NCBI GenBank assembly: GCA_039621445.1
Contig: CP154954.1
Coordinates: 18,524,642 to 18,588,641, forward strand
Direction of reading: 5' to 3'
DNA from: Euglena gracilis
Taxonomy: Eukaryota
Length of the DNA stretch: 64,000 nt
Part shown: positions 27,901 to 40,579 of the stretch, one piece after another
How the letters are laid out: each line of letters opens with the position of its first letter
Position numbering within the stretch: position 1 is the first letter of the stretch
Program-made: the position numbers and the translations under genes
Notes under the pieces: model-generated
The model's input: the letters and a program-made list of their open reading frames with translations, nothing else
The model's database searches: none
Told to the model about the DNA's origin: nothing

Positions 27901-28053
27901 CTCGCAGTCGCTGTTAGGAATATGGGCTGCGCCTTTCCGACGCTGCCGCAGGCCGGGAAAAGGGGGATGCCAGACGACCAAGGCAGGCGAGCATTAGACT
28001 CACCCACACGGGAGTGCTTTCAGTGGTACACCCGCGCACATGTGCGACGGAGC

Positions 28054-28332
28054 CAGGGGTTTTTCTTAAAGACCGGGGGGGAGGGGGGGGGGGGGTCGGC
28101 ACCCACCCACCCACCCCCTGGGGTGGGCCCCCCCGGGGGAGGGGGGGTCCCAGGGGACCCACCCAGTTTTGCCCAAAAATGCTAAAAATAGCACCTTTTT
28201 CAAAATTTTCCGAAAAAGATATACCCACCAGCCCGAACCCCCACCCCCCCCCCCCGGGGGGGGGGGGGCAAGGGACCCACCAACCCCCCCCCCCCCCGGG
28301 GGAGGGGGAGCAAGACTAAAAAAAAAACCCTG
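28054..28332. mobile_element. hAT-like MITE (CAGGG...CCCTG) in exon-like unique sequence
   Basis: TIR CAGGG(G)TTTTT...AAAAACCCTG; exact 8-bp TSD GACGGAGC (28046-28053, 28333-28340). Confidence 0.85.
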
Positions 28333-29933
28333 GACGGAGCGCGGAGCCCCCTCTCGCTGGTGCAAGAGAGGGGCTCGGCGACGGACAGGGCCGACCTGGC
28401 CAGCCCCGCTGCCAGGCCACTGACACGAGGGTTTGGCACGTATTTGGAGTGGCTGAAGGGGAAACCCTCAGCAGCTTGGGAAACGCATCACTTCTCCACT
28501 GCCGCAACCGTTGTATACCAACCAGAAGGCTTTTTTCCAAAATCTGGGCGATCGCCCTCCACCTCTGGGGGGGGGGGGGTGGACTTGGCAGCCACTTTTA
28601 GGGGGTGCTTTTTGTTCTTGGGAATGCCAAAAAAAATTACCCATCTTGAGCAGAGAAAATTGGAGGCACGCAACTCCTTTCCCGTGGCAAAAAAAAAACA
28701 GGTCGGCAGTGGGCAGGATGACATTTCTGCACCGTTGCCAAAGTGAACCATTTTCGGCCCAGCGCGAAGCACCGATCTCACACCAAAATCTCACACCAAA
28801 AATCCACCAAAAATTTCATTTTGGTACTTTGAAGTAGAAAGAAACTGGCGGGTGGGGGGTCCTGGGTATCCGCCCCTCTTCCCAGTCGGTCGGGAACTCC
28901 CTGTGGTCAGTTGGGGGGTCCGGTTCCCCATGGTGTCCCCTTGGCGGCAGGGAGGGTTCTCCCTGCCGTCAAAGTGACACCACGGGGTAATTTTGGGCTC
29001 TGCTTTATGCACTCCTGTTGATACCAGGGTGGAACTTGCAAAAACTGTCCAGGAGACTGCAGCCGTTGAGAAACAAGTCCATTGCGCATTAACAACCAGG
29101 CAGACTCTCTTTTCCTCAGTCCACCGTAATCCGTCCTGATCCTGGACTCCTCCCAGTGTGGTTCAACTCGCTGCTCCGTGTTTGGTGAGCCCAAAAAGTC
29201 CGGAGGCACAATAATGGCTTGCCTCGAACTGCATGGGGCAGACTTGTCAAGGGGTATTTTTTTTGGCTTGGGCACGAAATGCAGGGGTTTAGGGGCTTAG
29301 GTTTGTGACTGAAAGCACGGGGCTTTTTTCCAACATCCCACATTTCAAGGATGGTTTCCAGCAGGGTGGAGGAGGCAAATATCCACCGTGGACATCAATT
29401 TTCCTGCGGTGCCCAGGGATGGTTTGGTTTCGCTCCACAACGCCTTGGAGCCTTAGAGGGCGGTGTCTGGAAAAAGGGAGACCAATGTTGCAACCAGGTT
29501 TGATCAAAAAGCCACCCATTGACAGGAGACGGGACTCACATGGTTGACTTCGCACTTATCTCATAAAACTTGCCTGGCGCAATCGCACAATCGAAAAACG
29601 TTTCCGAGTTTATGGCCGTTTTGGGTCGCTTTCAGGTCCCAATTTTGCATGCAAACACGCGATCAAAACTTGCGAGAAAACACCCCCTGGAAATGGAGTT
29701 TGAAGGTTCCAATTCAAATCGCGAGAACAACATTGGAAAGCTTTGAAAGGAAACCCCCCCAAATACAAGCAACCCCTGGCGCCGATTTCGGAAACCCAAA
29801 TATAAGCATCCGGTTGCTTATATTTGAGGGCGGGTTCCAGCCTGTCAATCCACGGACTTACACATCCAGCACCCGGGAGCTGATCGTGAAGTTCACAGTT
29901 ATGAAGAGTATCCAGCCGGTGATTATGGATGCC

Positions 29934-30325
29934 CAGGGTTTGATATAAGGACAGGTGGGGGGGTGGTCCGGACCCCCCCCCCCCTGCGGGCCAGGAGGGG
30001 GGGGGACACCCCCCCACCTAAACAGTGGCGCGGTCCGGGTGACCGAAAATTTTTGACCCCCCAAAACGACCCAAAGTGCCATTTTGGGCACTTTTTGGGC
30101 AAAAATTTGCCAAAAATGCAAAAAAAAAATTCGGCGTGAGGCGCCGGAGGAAAAAAATGACCCTTTTGGGGGGTCCCGGGTACCCCCCCAGGGTCGGTCC
30201 GGACCCCCCTGGCAGGTGGGGGGGGGGTGGTCCGGACCCCCCTGCGGGCCAGGAGGGGGGTGGGAGTGGTGGGGGAGGACACCCCCCCATTTAAACCATG
30301 TACGCCCTCCTTATATCAAACCCTG
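29934..30325. mobile_element. hAT-like MITE family A
   Basis: TIRs and 8-bp TSD TGGATGCC. Confidence 0.9.
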
Positions 30326-30695
30326 TGGATGCCAGAATGGCCGTTTTTTTGGGACCGAAATGACAGGTTAGGGGTGTGCAGAACTCTGCCACCCTTTCGT
30401 CGCTGATTGGAAAGGTTCTAATTTGTGGTGCAAATCAAGAGCATACAACGCCAGACAGCAAAAAAAAATGAATGAATACCCGAACTCGTGAACATCCGAA
30501 ACTCACTCTGGAAAAAGGGGTTAACCGGAGGCATTTTTAACCAACCCAACTAGCTTTAAATCCTCAGCCATAAGAGTGACGAAGTTGCGGGCTTATTTCA
30601 AGGCATATAAATGAGGTGTCCAAAGAAGGGATTGCGAAGACCCCTTTTTTTCTGTCAGGCTGTACGAAATCGAAATCCCATTCCTGTCCAATGGC

Positions 30696-31126
30696 CTGGC
30701 ATTATTATTTTTAAGGCGCCATAAAAGCCTTAAAATGCCTTAAAATGTGCGTTAAAATTTTTGGTCAAAGTGCTTTAAAACGCCTTAAAATACCTCAAAA
30801 TGCCTTAAAAAAATTCAGATCGGCAGAATTTTCTGCGACCAAGCAAAAACGAAACCACAATCTTGGCAAAAGCAGGCCAATCCGGAAAGGAAAAATGATT
30901 CTGGCATCGTTGGAACATTGTCCATCCAGCCAAAACTAAAAGCATGTATTTTCAAATTTTTTTTGATTTTGGACGAACGTGTAAAAGCAAAAACGTTGGT
31001 TCAATGCCGAGACAGCCCTTGGACCGCTCTGGAAAATGGCGCTGGAAAATTTCTTAAAAAGCCTGAAAAAAAATGCCTTTTAATGCCTAAGGGGAAGGGG
31101 AGAAAATTGCCATATAACAATGCCTG
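30696..31126. mobile_element. MITE family C with (AAATGCCTTA)n; other copies 37093-37482 and ~47812-48363
   Basis: CAGGCATT/AATGCCTG-like ends; colinear similarity between copies; TSDs degenerate. Confidence 0.6.
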
Positions 31127-31679
31127 CCACAGCTGACGGATATGTAACAGGGTTGAAAATGCATTTCAGCGGAACATGGCATATGACACCCAATCATGCA
31201 TCTTTTTAAAAAGCAAAAGATCACACCAGGGAAAACTCCCAGTGAGGAGAAATCAACTAAACACCCCAATGAGAAGCCCCCCGCCCAATAACAACCCCCC
31301 CCCAAATAGAAGCCCCCCCCCCCCCCGGGTCTCCCGCCAAAAATCCAAATAACAGCAGCCCCCCCCCCCGACCAAGCCGGCCGACAAAGTTGACCAAAAA
31401 TTTTCCGAAAAATGGTGAAAAACTCCACGAAAACAGGTCGACATCGGGGAAAAAATTGATATCTGGCATCCTTGAAACATGGCCTATCCACCCAAACTCG
31501 AAAAAAATGCGTCTTGCAATTTATTAAATTTGGACCCCATTCGATCCCCAGATTGGCCGCCGGCCGAAGGTTTTTCCTTTAGACAAAAGGCACCCAATTA
31601 GAAATCGCCCCCCCCCTCGGGTTTTCCGCAGAGTGACCGAATAGCAGCCCCAGAGAGCCTCTAATTGGGGGGAGGGGTC

Positions 31680-33110
31680 GCTGAGCTCTTATCCCTTTAT
31701 GGGTAAGAGCGAAGCTCACCCCTGGGCAAAAGGGGGGGTCCACCCCCCCCCTCCCTCCCCCCCCGTCCCCTCGGGCCACCTCGGGAACCGGCGGATTATC
31801 ACCATGATCCCGGCCCCGTTCGCGGAAAAATTTTTTCAGTCGCAAGCGACTGGATTTCTAGTTATTGAATCACCTCCGTTTGAACCCCAACTCCCCGCCA
31901 GGCCCAAGTTATTCACCCGCGAAGGGTCCAAACTGGGTAGGATTGGCCCACCCCGACTCTGCCATTTCGCCTGGGCCCAAAAATCGGTCAAAAAAACGAT
32001 TTTTGGAAAATATCTTGAGAAAACGTACATTATTTCCGGAAATGTCGGTCTGACAAAATGTACCTCCGAAGGCCCTCTATCACCCCCCCCCATTCGCCGT
32101 TTTGGCCGCCGACACGCCTGGTCCGTGTTCCGGCGGGCTTTGCGGCCCAAAACGGCCATTTTGGGGTGTTTTTTTTTGGGTCGGTTTTCGGTCAAAAAAT
32201 CGATTTTCCCAAAATATCTCGACAACGAAGCAAAATCAAAGAAAATGCCCAGAGAGCAAAAAGGAAGCCCTTGGAATGCCCTTTCCCACCATGGTTGACT
32301 TTCCCCTCAAATCTTCGTGCAACCCGAGTTACGGTTATTTTTCAGCCCAATTTTGGCCCAATTCTGGGGCCATTTTGGCTGTTTTCAGGGTAAAAAACTG
32401 ATGTTTCCAAAATATCTCGAAAATGAAGCAAAATCAAAGGAAATGTCCAGAGACCTAAATTGAAGCCCTTACAATGCCCTATCTATCAGTATTTTGATTT
32501 CCCTGCAACTCCCTGCCTAGCCAAAAATATGGTCGATTTACGACCCAAAACAGCGCGGCAGGCTTGCTTGCGACTTAGCCGTTTTCAGCCCTGTTTTGGG
32601 TAAAAAAAAATCAATTTTTCTAAAATTTCTCAAAAATGGTGGGAATCAAAGGAAATGTCCGGAGACCTAAATTGAAGCACTTAAAATGCCCCATCTAACA
32701 ATGTTTTGTTTTCCCCGCAACTCCCTCACCTAGCCCGAGTTACGTTCATTTTTCGGCCCATTTTGGCCATTTTGTACAGTTTTGGCTTGTTTTGATTTGA
32801 CTTAGCCGTTTTCGGCCATTTTTGGGTCAAAAAAAGTCGAAAAAATCGGGGAAAAAAACTGCCCGAAACGATGTTTTTTTTGGCCTCCCGGACCAAAAAC
32901 CTGTTTTTGAGCCGAAAACGAGCGTTTTTCGACCCCCCGGCGCCCCGTTCTTGGCCCGAAACGCATGCGTTTTGGGTCAAACCCGGGTCAAAAAAGTCGG
33001 AAAAATCGAAAAAAAAAATTGCCCAGCACGACGGACCCGGAAAAACTGCTTTTCAGCCGAAAATGAGCGTTTTTCGACCCCCCCCCCAGCGCCCCGCATT
33101 TCCGAGCAGC
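31680..33110. mobile_element. Element G relative, opposite orientation
   Basis: 31674-31960 is the reverse complement of 24680-24945; 32820-33090 mirrors 23320-23590. Confidence 0.65.
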
Positions 33111-35285
33111 TTCATTTCCATGAAAATCAGGGGTTACATTACTCAGTCTGAAACAAGCATACTTGGGGGTAAAAAAAAACACACACACGCAAGAGCGAAC
33201 ATTGTTTCAACATCCCATCAAGTGGCAATGCTCCCCCTTGTCCTGCACGAGAAAGATGGGTTTTCCCAAATTCCCTCCTCCTGAAACCCCCTGAAAAAAA
33301 GATCCTTCTGTACGTCATCCACCCCCATCTACCACAGCCCGTCCCCTCTGGCCGGCCAGGAGTGCTGAATCTGGTGCCCTCACCACTCGGCCGCTCCGTC
33401 ACTTCGGAAACCCCAATGACTCTCTCCCCACCTGCCGGACCTCTCAGCCTCCCTAACTGGTGCACCATGGAATTTCTTCACTGGTCCCCACAGCTCCTGG
33501 TCCTAAAGTATGTGCAGAAAACAGCAAAAAAAGAGGCTTTTTCAAAAACCTCTTTTGCAGGCTTTTCGCCATTTTGAAGAACGAAATGGGGGCCTGTGTT
33601 TCACGAGGCTTTGGGCACGCTCCGAGGCTGCCAGCACAAAGGGAAAAAAGTGGTCCCAGGAACTGCCTCTCAGCCCCTTTTTCATGTTTTTTGGCATTCT
33701 CGGGCACAACATCGACTCTGCCGATCGCCGAATACGTGCCGCACGCCAAAAAAAGGGGGTTAGGCATCTCCCTGGGGCCACCAGCTGGCACGCCCCGGCC
33801 AAGTCGAAAACACAAAAAAAAGGGGTGGATCTCACTGTTTGCGACGAGAAACAAAACAGAAAAAAGGACTCTGTGTTTGAGCGACTGCATAAAGAAACCC
33901 TAAAAGCGTAACTGTCCAAGTGGGAGGGGGAGTCTGGTGTTGGAGTCTGTAGGGGGTCCATTTCTATAAATATAAAAAGAGGTGGACACTATTTTGCGAT
34001 TTTACGGCACCCTGGCTTAAGCGTCTCCTTCCGGCAGGGCTGTACGTGAAGGCCTGGTGGAGGGGTGGTCGGACCCCCTGAGAGAGGGTCGACCCCCACC
34101 CACCATGGCACCCGGTCAAAGCAAATTCCTTCAGTGCCTTCGGCGCCGGAGCCTGGCGGGTCTTACCTTGTTTACGACGCCGGCCGCCAGGCACACACTC
34201 CACTTTAGTTAGGGGGGGTCTCCTTCACCGAGACGACGCACCGGTTACTCCAGTCCACAACCCCAGCAGGCGTGGTTCCCAACTCAGTGAACAGGTCCAC
34301 TCAAGTGGCAACAAACTCATCGGCGTGTTCCAGGCCCGGAGACACCTCCCGGGGCAGCCCTGTCCCACAAGCACACCCACTTGGAACCCGGTCAGGCACC
34401 CCCCCCCCCCCCGGGGTTGTCGACTCCCCCCACCCACCACCCACAGGGTTGCGGGGAATCCCATACAGCTGCCTTCCAGCCAGCCCTTCAAATTTGAATT
34501 ACACCATCGGCAAACGCCACCAAATGTGCTTTGTTGCATGTTCCCTCCATTACCCCACCCATTACCCCACCCCATTCGGCGGACTTTTGGGGTATGATGT
34601 CCGCGTCGGTCCACCTGTTGGGTCACCGTCAGTGACCTGGATGCCTGCTCGACCGGACAGCGACCTACGGCAGCCGATGGCAGCGCCACAGGAGGAAGGA
34701 GGGGTGGCGGGGAGGGGGGGGGGGTGGTTTCGAGCAGCGCTGGAGTCAGCGGCGGTCATCATTTGGGGCACCGCTGGGGTCAGTGGGGACCATCCCCCTC
34801 CAAGGTGTCATTGCCTTGGGTTCTTCTGGAGGTCCCTTATACGCTGTTAAAACATGTAAAAGGAAGCATTTTATTAAGATGCTTTAACGTTTCAGGTGTG
34901 TCTTTTTTTTATAAAAAAAACAGGAAATGCATCTTTTCCTGAACTTGAACTTGAACTTAATTGGAGTAAAGTCCCAGGTTGGCCAAAACCAAAACAACGA
35001 CTAAAGCAAAACAAAAACTAAAGCCAGGTTGGTTTGCAAAGGGGTTCTATGGGTGGTCAGGGGCAGGGGAGGGGGGTGAGGGCTGAAAGAACGAAGGCTG
35101 GTTCACCACGGGGGTCATGTTTCCCCACTCGGGAGACAATTTCAGGTGGAACCCCGGCCATATTCCATATTCCCCAAAGAACTTTGTTCCCGACAGCTTC
35201 GGCCGACCATTTTGTGGCCCATCCTTTGAAAATGCTAACCACATCATTGCAATTGCTTTCATTTGCATGCAAAAAAAAAGATGAG

Positions 35286-35480
35286 TAAACCCCCCCAAAT
35301 AACACCCCCCCCCCCCGGTGTGTTATTTGGGCACCCGAACTGGGGTCCCAAGGGGGGGGGGGTGTTATTTGGGGGGGGTGTTATTTTTACATGTAAAACC
35401 AAAGGAAAACAGGGGTGTGTTATTTCGGCGCTTGAAATCGGCCCCCGAGGGGGGGGGTGCGTTATTTAGGGGGGGGGGTA
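35286..35480. mobile_element. TA-flanked MITE (CCCCCCAAATAACAC...GTTATTT..GGGGG); second copy ~36346-36567
   Basis: Inverted terminal motifs and two similar copies. Confidence 0.55.
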
Positions 35481-37559
35481 TTTGGTTATTTGGGAGGGGC
35501 GTTTATAAATATAATGAGTTGGGTAGATTGAAACGAGGTAAATGTTCCAAAAAAATAACTGTTCTCCACCAAAACTTACCCAACTCCAGTGGTCAAAAAG
35601 TGCTGAATAGGAGATGGGAGGAGCGATTTTCCGTCTCGCTGTAAATGATGTGGCTGGATTGGCTAGAGGGCGCCGAGGGTGGATGTGGCTGAATTGGCTA
35701 TCCCCCCCCCCGAATAAATGCGCGGGGCCTCTTCAAGCGCAGGGTTCAAATAGAAACGCACTCCCTGCTGCTGAAGGCGGCGGTCCAGGAGAATTAAATG
35801 CGAATCAAAAAAAAGAATACAGTTATTATTTATTTTCAAAAGTAGTGTGACGTACAACGTGCATGAAAAAAGAAAGCGCTTTGTCTTGTTTTGCCAAAAA
35901 AAAACAAGACCTCCAAAAAACCTCCCCCCCCCCCCGGGCTGATCATGCAAAAATCAATAATAAAGACCCTCCCCAAATTTTAACAGATTGAAGTGCCAGC
36001 GGCGAAAAACTTCCTGGAGAGTTGCTGAAAATCCCAATTCTATTCTCAAAAATGATGCAAATTTCAATGCTTTTTGGGGTTTTTTTGAGAACAAAATATT
36101 ATCATGCAAATCTCAAATTTATGCCAATTTGCACATGGTGCAAATACTGAAGAAAAAAATGTTGGTTCTTTTGGGAATCTGAAAATTGATGACTCTCTCC
36201 AGCCCCGGGTCAGTCAACGAAAATCCAAAATTAGAGTCCATGGAAATTTCCAGCAATGGACCCAAAAATCAGACCCGAGCCTTATTTGGGGGGTTATGAC
36301 TTGAATGCAAAAGGGCATCTGGTTATTGTGAGGAATAACGTTAGATAACCCCCCCAAATAACACACCCCCCGGTGTGTTATTCGGGCACCCGAGCTGGGG
36401 CCCGGGGGGGGGGGTGTTATTGGGGGGGGGGGTGTTATTCTTACATGGAAAACCAAAGGAAAACAGGGGGGGGTGTTATTTGTCATGTGTTATCGAAAGC
36501 GGCCCCCGAGGGGGGGGTGTCATTTGGGGGGGTTATTTGGGAGGGAGATTTACGACTAGGGGGGTAATTTGCACACAAAAAGGGGGTGGCATACCTGGGT
36601 GAGACGCATGGCACAAGACACCCCCTTCCCCTCCGCCGGTTGGTGAAAAGGGGGGGGGACGGTTTCTGGCTTCGCTGAAACATTTGTCTATCCACCCAAA
36701 ACTCAAAAAATGATGATTTTTTTGAAATTTTTGATTTTCAACCTGGACCGACTTAGTTCAGTAAAATTTTATAAATTTGTAGATTTTGCAGTTTTGCACA
36801 GCCGCAACCAGAAACGTTCCAGAGGAGGTCAGGTGGGGGACTATTGGGAGCCAATGCGTCTCGAGATTTCGGAACAAATTTTCCAAAATTCTTCGTGTGA
36901 GTCCGATCAAATTCATTTCTTTAGCACGTGCTGAACCTCAATGGTTTCGGAGGCGACATGCCAAGACAGTCGTGACTCGCCCCACCTACGCCCCCCAACG
37001 AAGTTGCAACCAAATAATTAAAAATGACCCATGACCACATAAAAGGCACTCTCGAAAACAAAACGTCCTTTGGGGTATTTCCGACCAACACCCAGACATG
37101 ATTATTTTTAAGGCACCATAAAAACCTTGAAATGCCTTAAAATGGGCCTTGATAATTTTGGTCAAAATGCCTGAAAATGCCTTAAAATGCCTGAAAATGC
37201 CTTAAAATGCCTTAAAGAAAATTCAGACCAGCAGAATATTCTCCAATCGAGCAAAAACAGCCGAACTCTGGAGAAAAAAATGATTTCTGGAATCACTGGA
37301 ACTATTTAACGAAAACTCAAAAGAAAGATTTTGGTTTTGGATGAACGTGCAAAATAAAAAACGTTGGTTCGATAAGGGACAGCCCTTTGACCGCCCTGAG
37401 AAAAAAAATGTGCCTTAAAAAGACTTAAAATGCCTTAAAAAGCCTTAAAAAATAAATTGGCCTTTAAAAAAAAATAATCCTGCTAGCGCCCTTAAAAAAC
37501 CCCCTGGGACGATTTTCAGGAACCCCAACAAGGCACGGTTTCTTAAATTGTGGGGGGGG

Positions 37560-37681
37560 GGGTGCCCTTCGGTCCAGCATTGACCTGCATCGCCAGCGAG
37601 TCCATCCTTCGCCTCTGGGCTGAACTGGACTTACTTAACATGGCTTTCGGTGGGAGGGGCAGTCCAGACGGGAGCCGCTGG
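37560..37681 (-). CDS. Possible first exon of a further unknown gene (MLSKSSSAQRRRMDSLAMQ...)
   Basis: tttttccag acceptor followed by ATG at 37641; unique GC-rich sequence; no homology recognised. Confidence 0.2.
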
Positions 37682-38103
37682 CTGGAAAAAGGGGCTGATT
37701 GGCTAGATCCTTCCTTGTCAGACGACTGCTGGACTGCGTCAATGGCATGGGGGGGGGGGGGGGTCGCAACCCCCAAACCTACGGCCGATGATGAAGGACA
37801 AATAAATCAAAAATGAGATGGTCGTACCAATTGATGTTTTGGCATTATTGCTATTTGGCCGTGACAGGTTTCAGAAATCAGCACTAACAAATTACTTTTT
37901 TGAATTTTCCAGACTGGTCTGTCCCAAGCGAGTTGATAAATTTATGGAGGAAATTGAAATGGTCTTAAAGGTTGCAAACTTCGATCACAAACCTTCGAAC
38001 TGCCTAACTGCGATCCTAATATTTCATTGTTTTATGTTTATTCACTTATGATAAAAAAATGTTTATCATCAAAATGGGAAGAAGAACTTGGCAAACAACA
38101 GAG

Positions 38104-38831
38104 GGGATGCTTCCGCACCGCGTGCACCGCGTTTCGCACCGCGTGCACCGCGTGCAGCACCGCGTGCACCGCGTGCAGCACCGCGTGCAGCACCGCGTGC
38201 ACCGCGTGACAAAAATCATGTGCAACCCTAAATGACTGAATGAGAGAACAACACCCGCAAAAGCGCCCATCGATCACAAAACTGCAATAAAAGGGCATTT
38301 TGGGTGAATTTGATCATGTTTGGCTGTGTTTGGTCCAAATCAACTAGTTTTGCCACCAGATCTCACCAAATCTGTACCAATGGCCGTTGAATCTGTGGAA
38401 TCTGTGGAAGTGGCCACAGAATGACCAAAATTGGTCAAAAATGCGCAAAAAGCGACCAAAAGCACTGACAAATGGCCCAAAATGGTCACAAATGAGCAAA
38501 AATGGCCAGAAGTAGCCAAAAATTGATGTAAATGAGCCAAAAATGCATTCAAACAAGCAAAAGTGGTCTAAATTGCCAAATGTGGCCCAAAGTGGCTAAA
38601 AGCAGTCAAAAAATGGTCCAAAATGGCCAAAAACAGCCAAAATTTGTTAATTTGCAGAAAACCAGACAAAAAAAAGCATGGAAGGAAACTGAAGATGAGG
38701 TGCCGATGAAAGTTTGTGAAAATTGCACATTCGGAAATGATTCTTCTCACACGGTGCACGTGGTGCGCCACGCGGTGCACGTGGTGCGCCACGCGGTGCA
38801 GCATGTGGTGCACGCGGTGCGGAAGCATCCC
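38104..38831. mobile_element. MITE with ~110-bp TIRs built of GCACCGCGT subrepeats
   Basis: GGGATGCTTCCGCACCGCGTGCACC at both ends, inverted; flanked by CAGAG (or an AGA 3-bp TSD if the ends are GGGG/CCCC). Confidence 0.8.
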
Positions 38832-40233
38832 CAGAGAAGGGTAAACCCGATAAGGTACACATGCTGCAACAGTCCAGGCAGCCATTGCTCAAAGAGGGAA
38901 AACAAAGCAAATACAGGCGGCCTGTACAATTTGCAGCACCTGTGGTGGGGGCACAAAAACGGCTAACAGACAAACAGCTGTTACGAGCAGGGGCGTTGGT
39001 GGAATGGGGCAACGTAGTACCATGTGTCATAAAGCACGTGAGTGTGTGCCTGCATTGAGATCTGAGACTATGCCATCGGTGGGGCGCCAACCCGGAACAG
39101 AAGGCACAGTTTAGGGGACAGTTTAGGGCATTTGCAGTGTTCATCCGACCCTCAGCTTCAGTTTGCCGAGGTCGAACACGTTGGGAGACCAACTAACAAG
39201 ACAGTAACAGCAGGGGGGGGGACTCTGCTGTTCAAACACATTCAACTGAAAATGCACATTAAAAATGGTGGGAAGAGGCATAATGAAAGAGAAAATGAAA
39301 CAGAAAAAACGAAAAAAATCCACATTTCTCGGAAGGAAAAACAGGTCCACATGAGGAGGAAAATTGGTCTTAATTAATTTGGGTTAAAACGTCCCTGCCT
39401 GCCTTTTCCCAACAAATGGACCAGGATCTGAACCTTGGAACTTGGATATTCAGCCGAATGTGGTGCATCCTGATTCTGATTTACAAAGATTTCCAGGGTG
39501 TGTTCTAGTGATTCTCCTCAGTCCCCAAGGGTGTCTTATGCCTAACGAAAGCTTGTTCACATTTCGTCAAAAAGTGGACGCTGGGGTGAGCCTCGGTGCT
39601 TCTTTTTGTTTACTGCAACTCCCCTGCGCTTTGTTTGCGCTTCACCTTGGTGCACACGGGATTCAAAAGAGGGTCGGTGTAAACGGTTTTTTTCTTTCTT
39701 TCTCCGGGGTCGGCAAATGGGGGAGTCAATAGATATAAATGGATTTCTTCTCATTTTTCCGGGGAGGTCGGAATACATGGAGTCAGTGTCGGGAGTCAAT
39801 GAATACAATGGGGGGTCGGTCCAAATGGGGGGACCATGGGAATAGTAAGGGGAGGGGAGAGCTTGTCCTCCTCCTACTGTTCCCCCCCTTACTGTTCCCA
39901 TGGACCCAAAAGGGGGCCATAGGATGGGAACAGTAAGGGGGGTCATGGCATAGGTCGGGCCGACCTGGTCAGCTTGACCTGTTTGTGGGGGGGGGGGGGT
40001 TAGGGCTTCCCAGGGTCATGACACCAAAAGCCACCCGAGGAGCAGTCAAAAAAATTTTGGTGTTCGGTCGACACTGGCTGACCGAACCGTGCAAAACCAT
40101 CATTGCAAAGGTGAAGGCATGCCAATGCCACCCACAGACAGCACAGATGGCACAGGGAGGTGCTGGCTACCCGACGGAGCGAGGCACGCACCGGGGGAGG
40201 GGGAGAAGGCGCAGTGCAATGCAGTGTCAGGAC

Positions 40234-40559
40234 CACACCAGTGCTTACCGACCCCTTGGTGGGGGGTTACTTTCCACTTTCAAAAAACAATCAGTTAGTT
40301 TTCAAAAACCAGTCATCCACTTCCTACCACCCCAGGGAGGTCGGTCCCCCTGGCCACTGAGGCCAAAAAAATGGCCAAAAATCAGCGGATTTCGGCTTAA
40401 AAAAATCCCAACATGATTTCGTCCAGTTCCTGCCAACCTCATTCTCTGGGGGGGGGGGGGTCCAGGAGCCCCCGAGCCAAAAAAAAAAGTCTTTCACTCT
40501 GGAAAAAAAACAAATCAGTCACCGAGGGGAGGGTCGAACACGTCTTCAGCAACGGTATG
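40234..40559. mobile_element. MITE with 8-bp TSD in the 3' UTR of paralog A
   Basis: TSD GTCAGGAC; imperfect TIR CACACCAGTGCT/AGCAACGGTATG; empty site in paralog B at ~1715-1740. Confidence 0.8.
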
Positions 40560-40579
40560 GTCAGGACCCTTGGCCTCGA

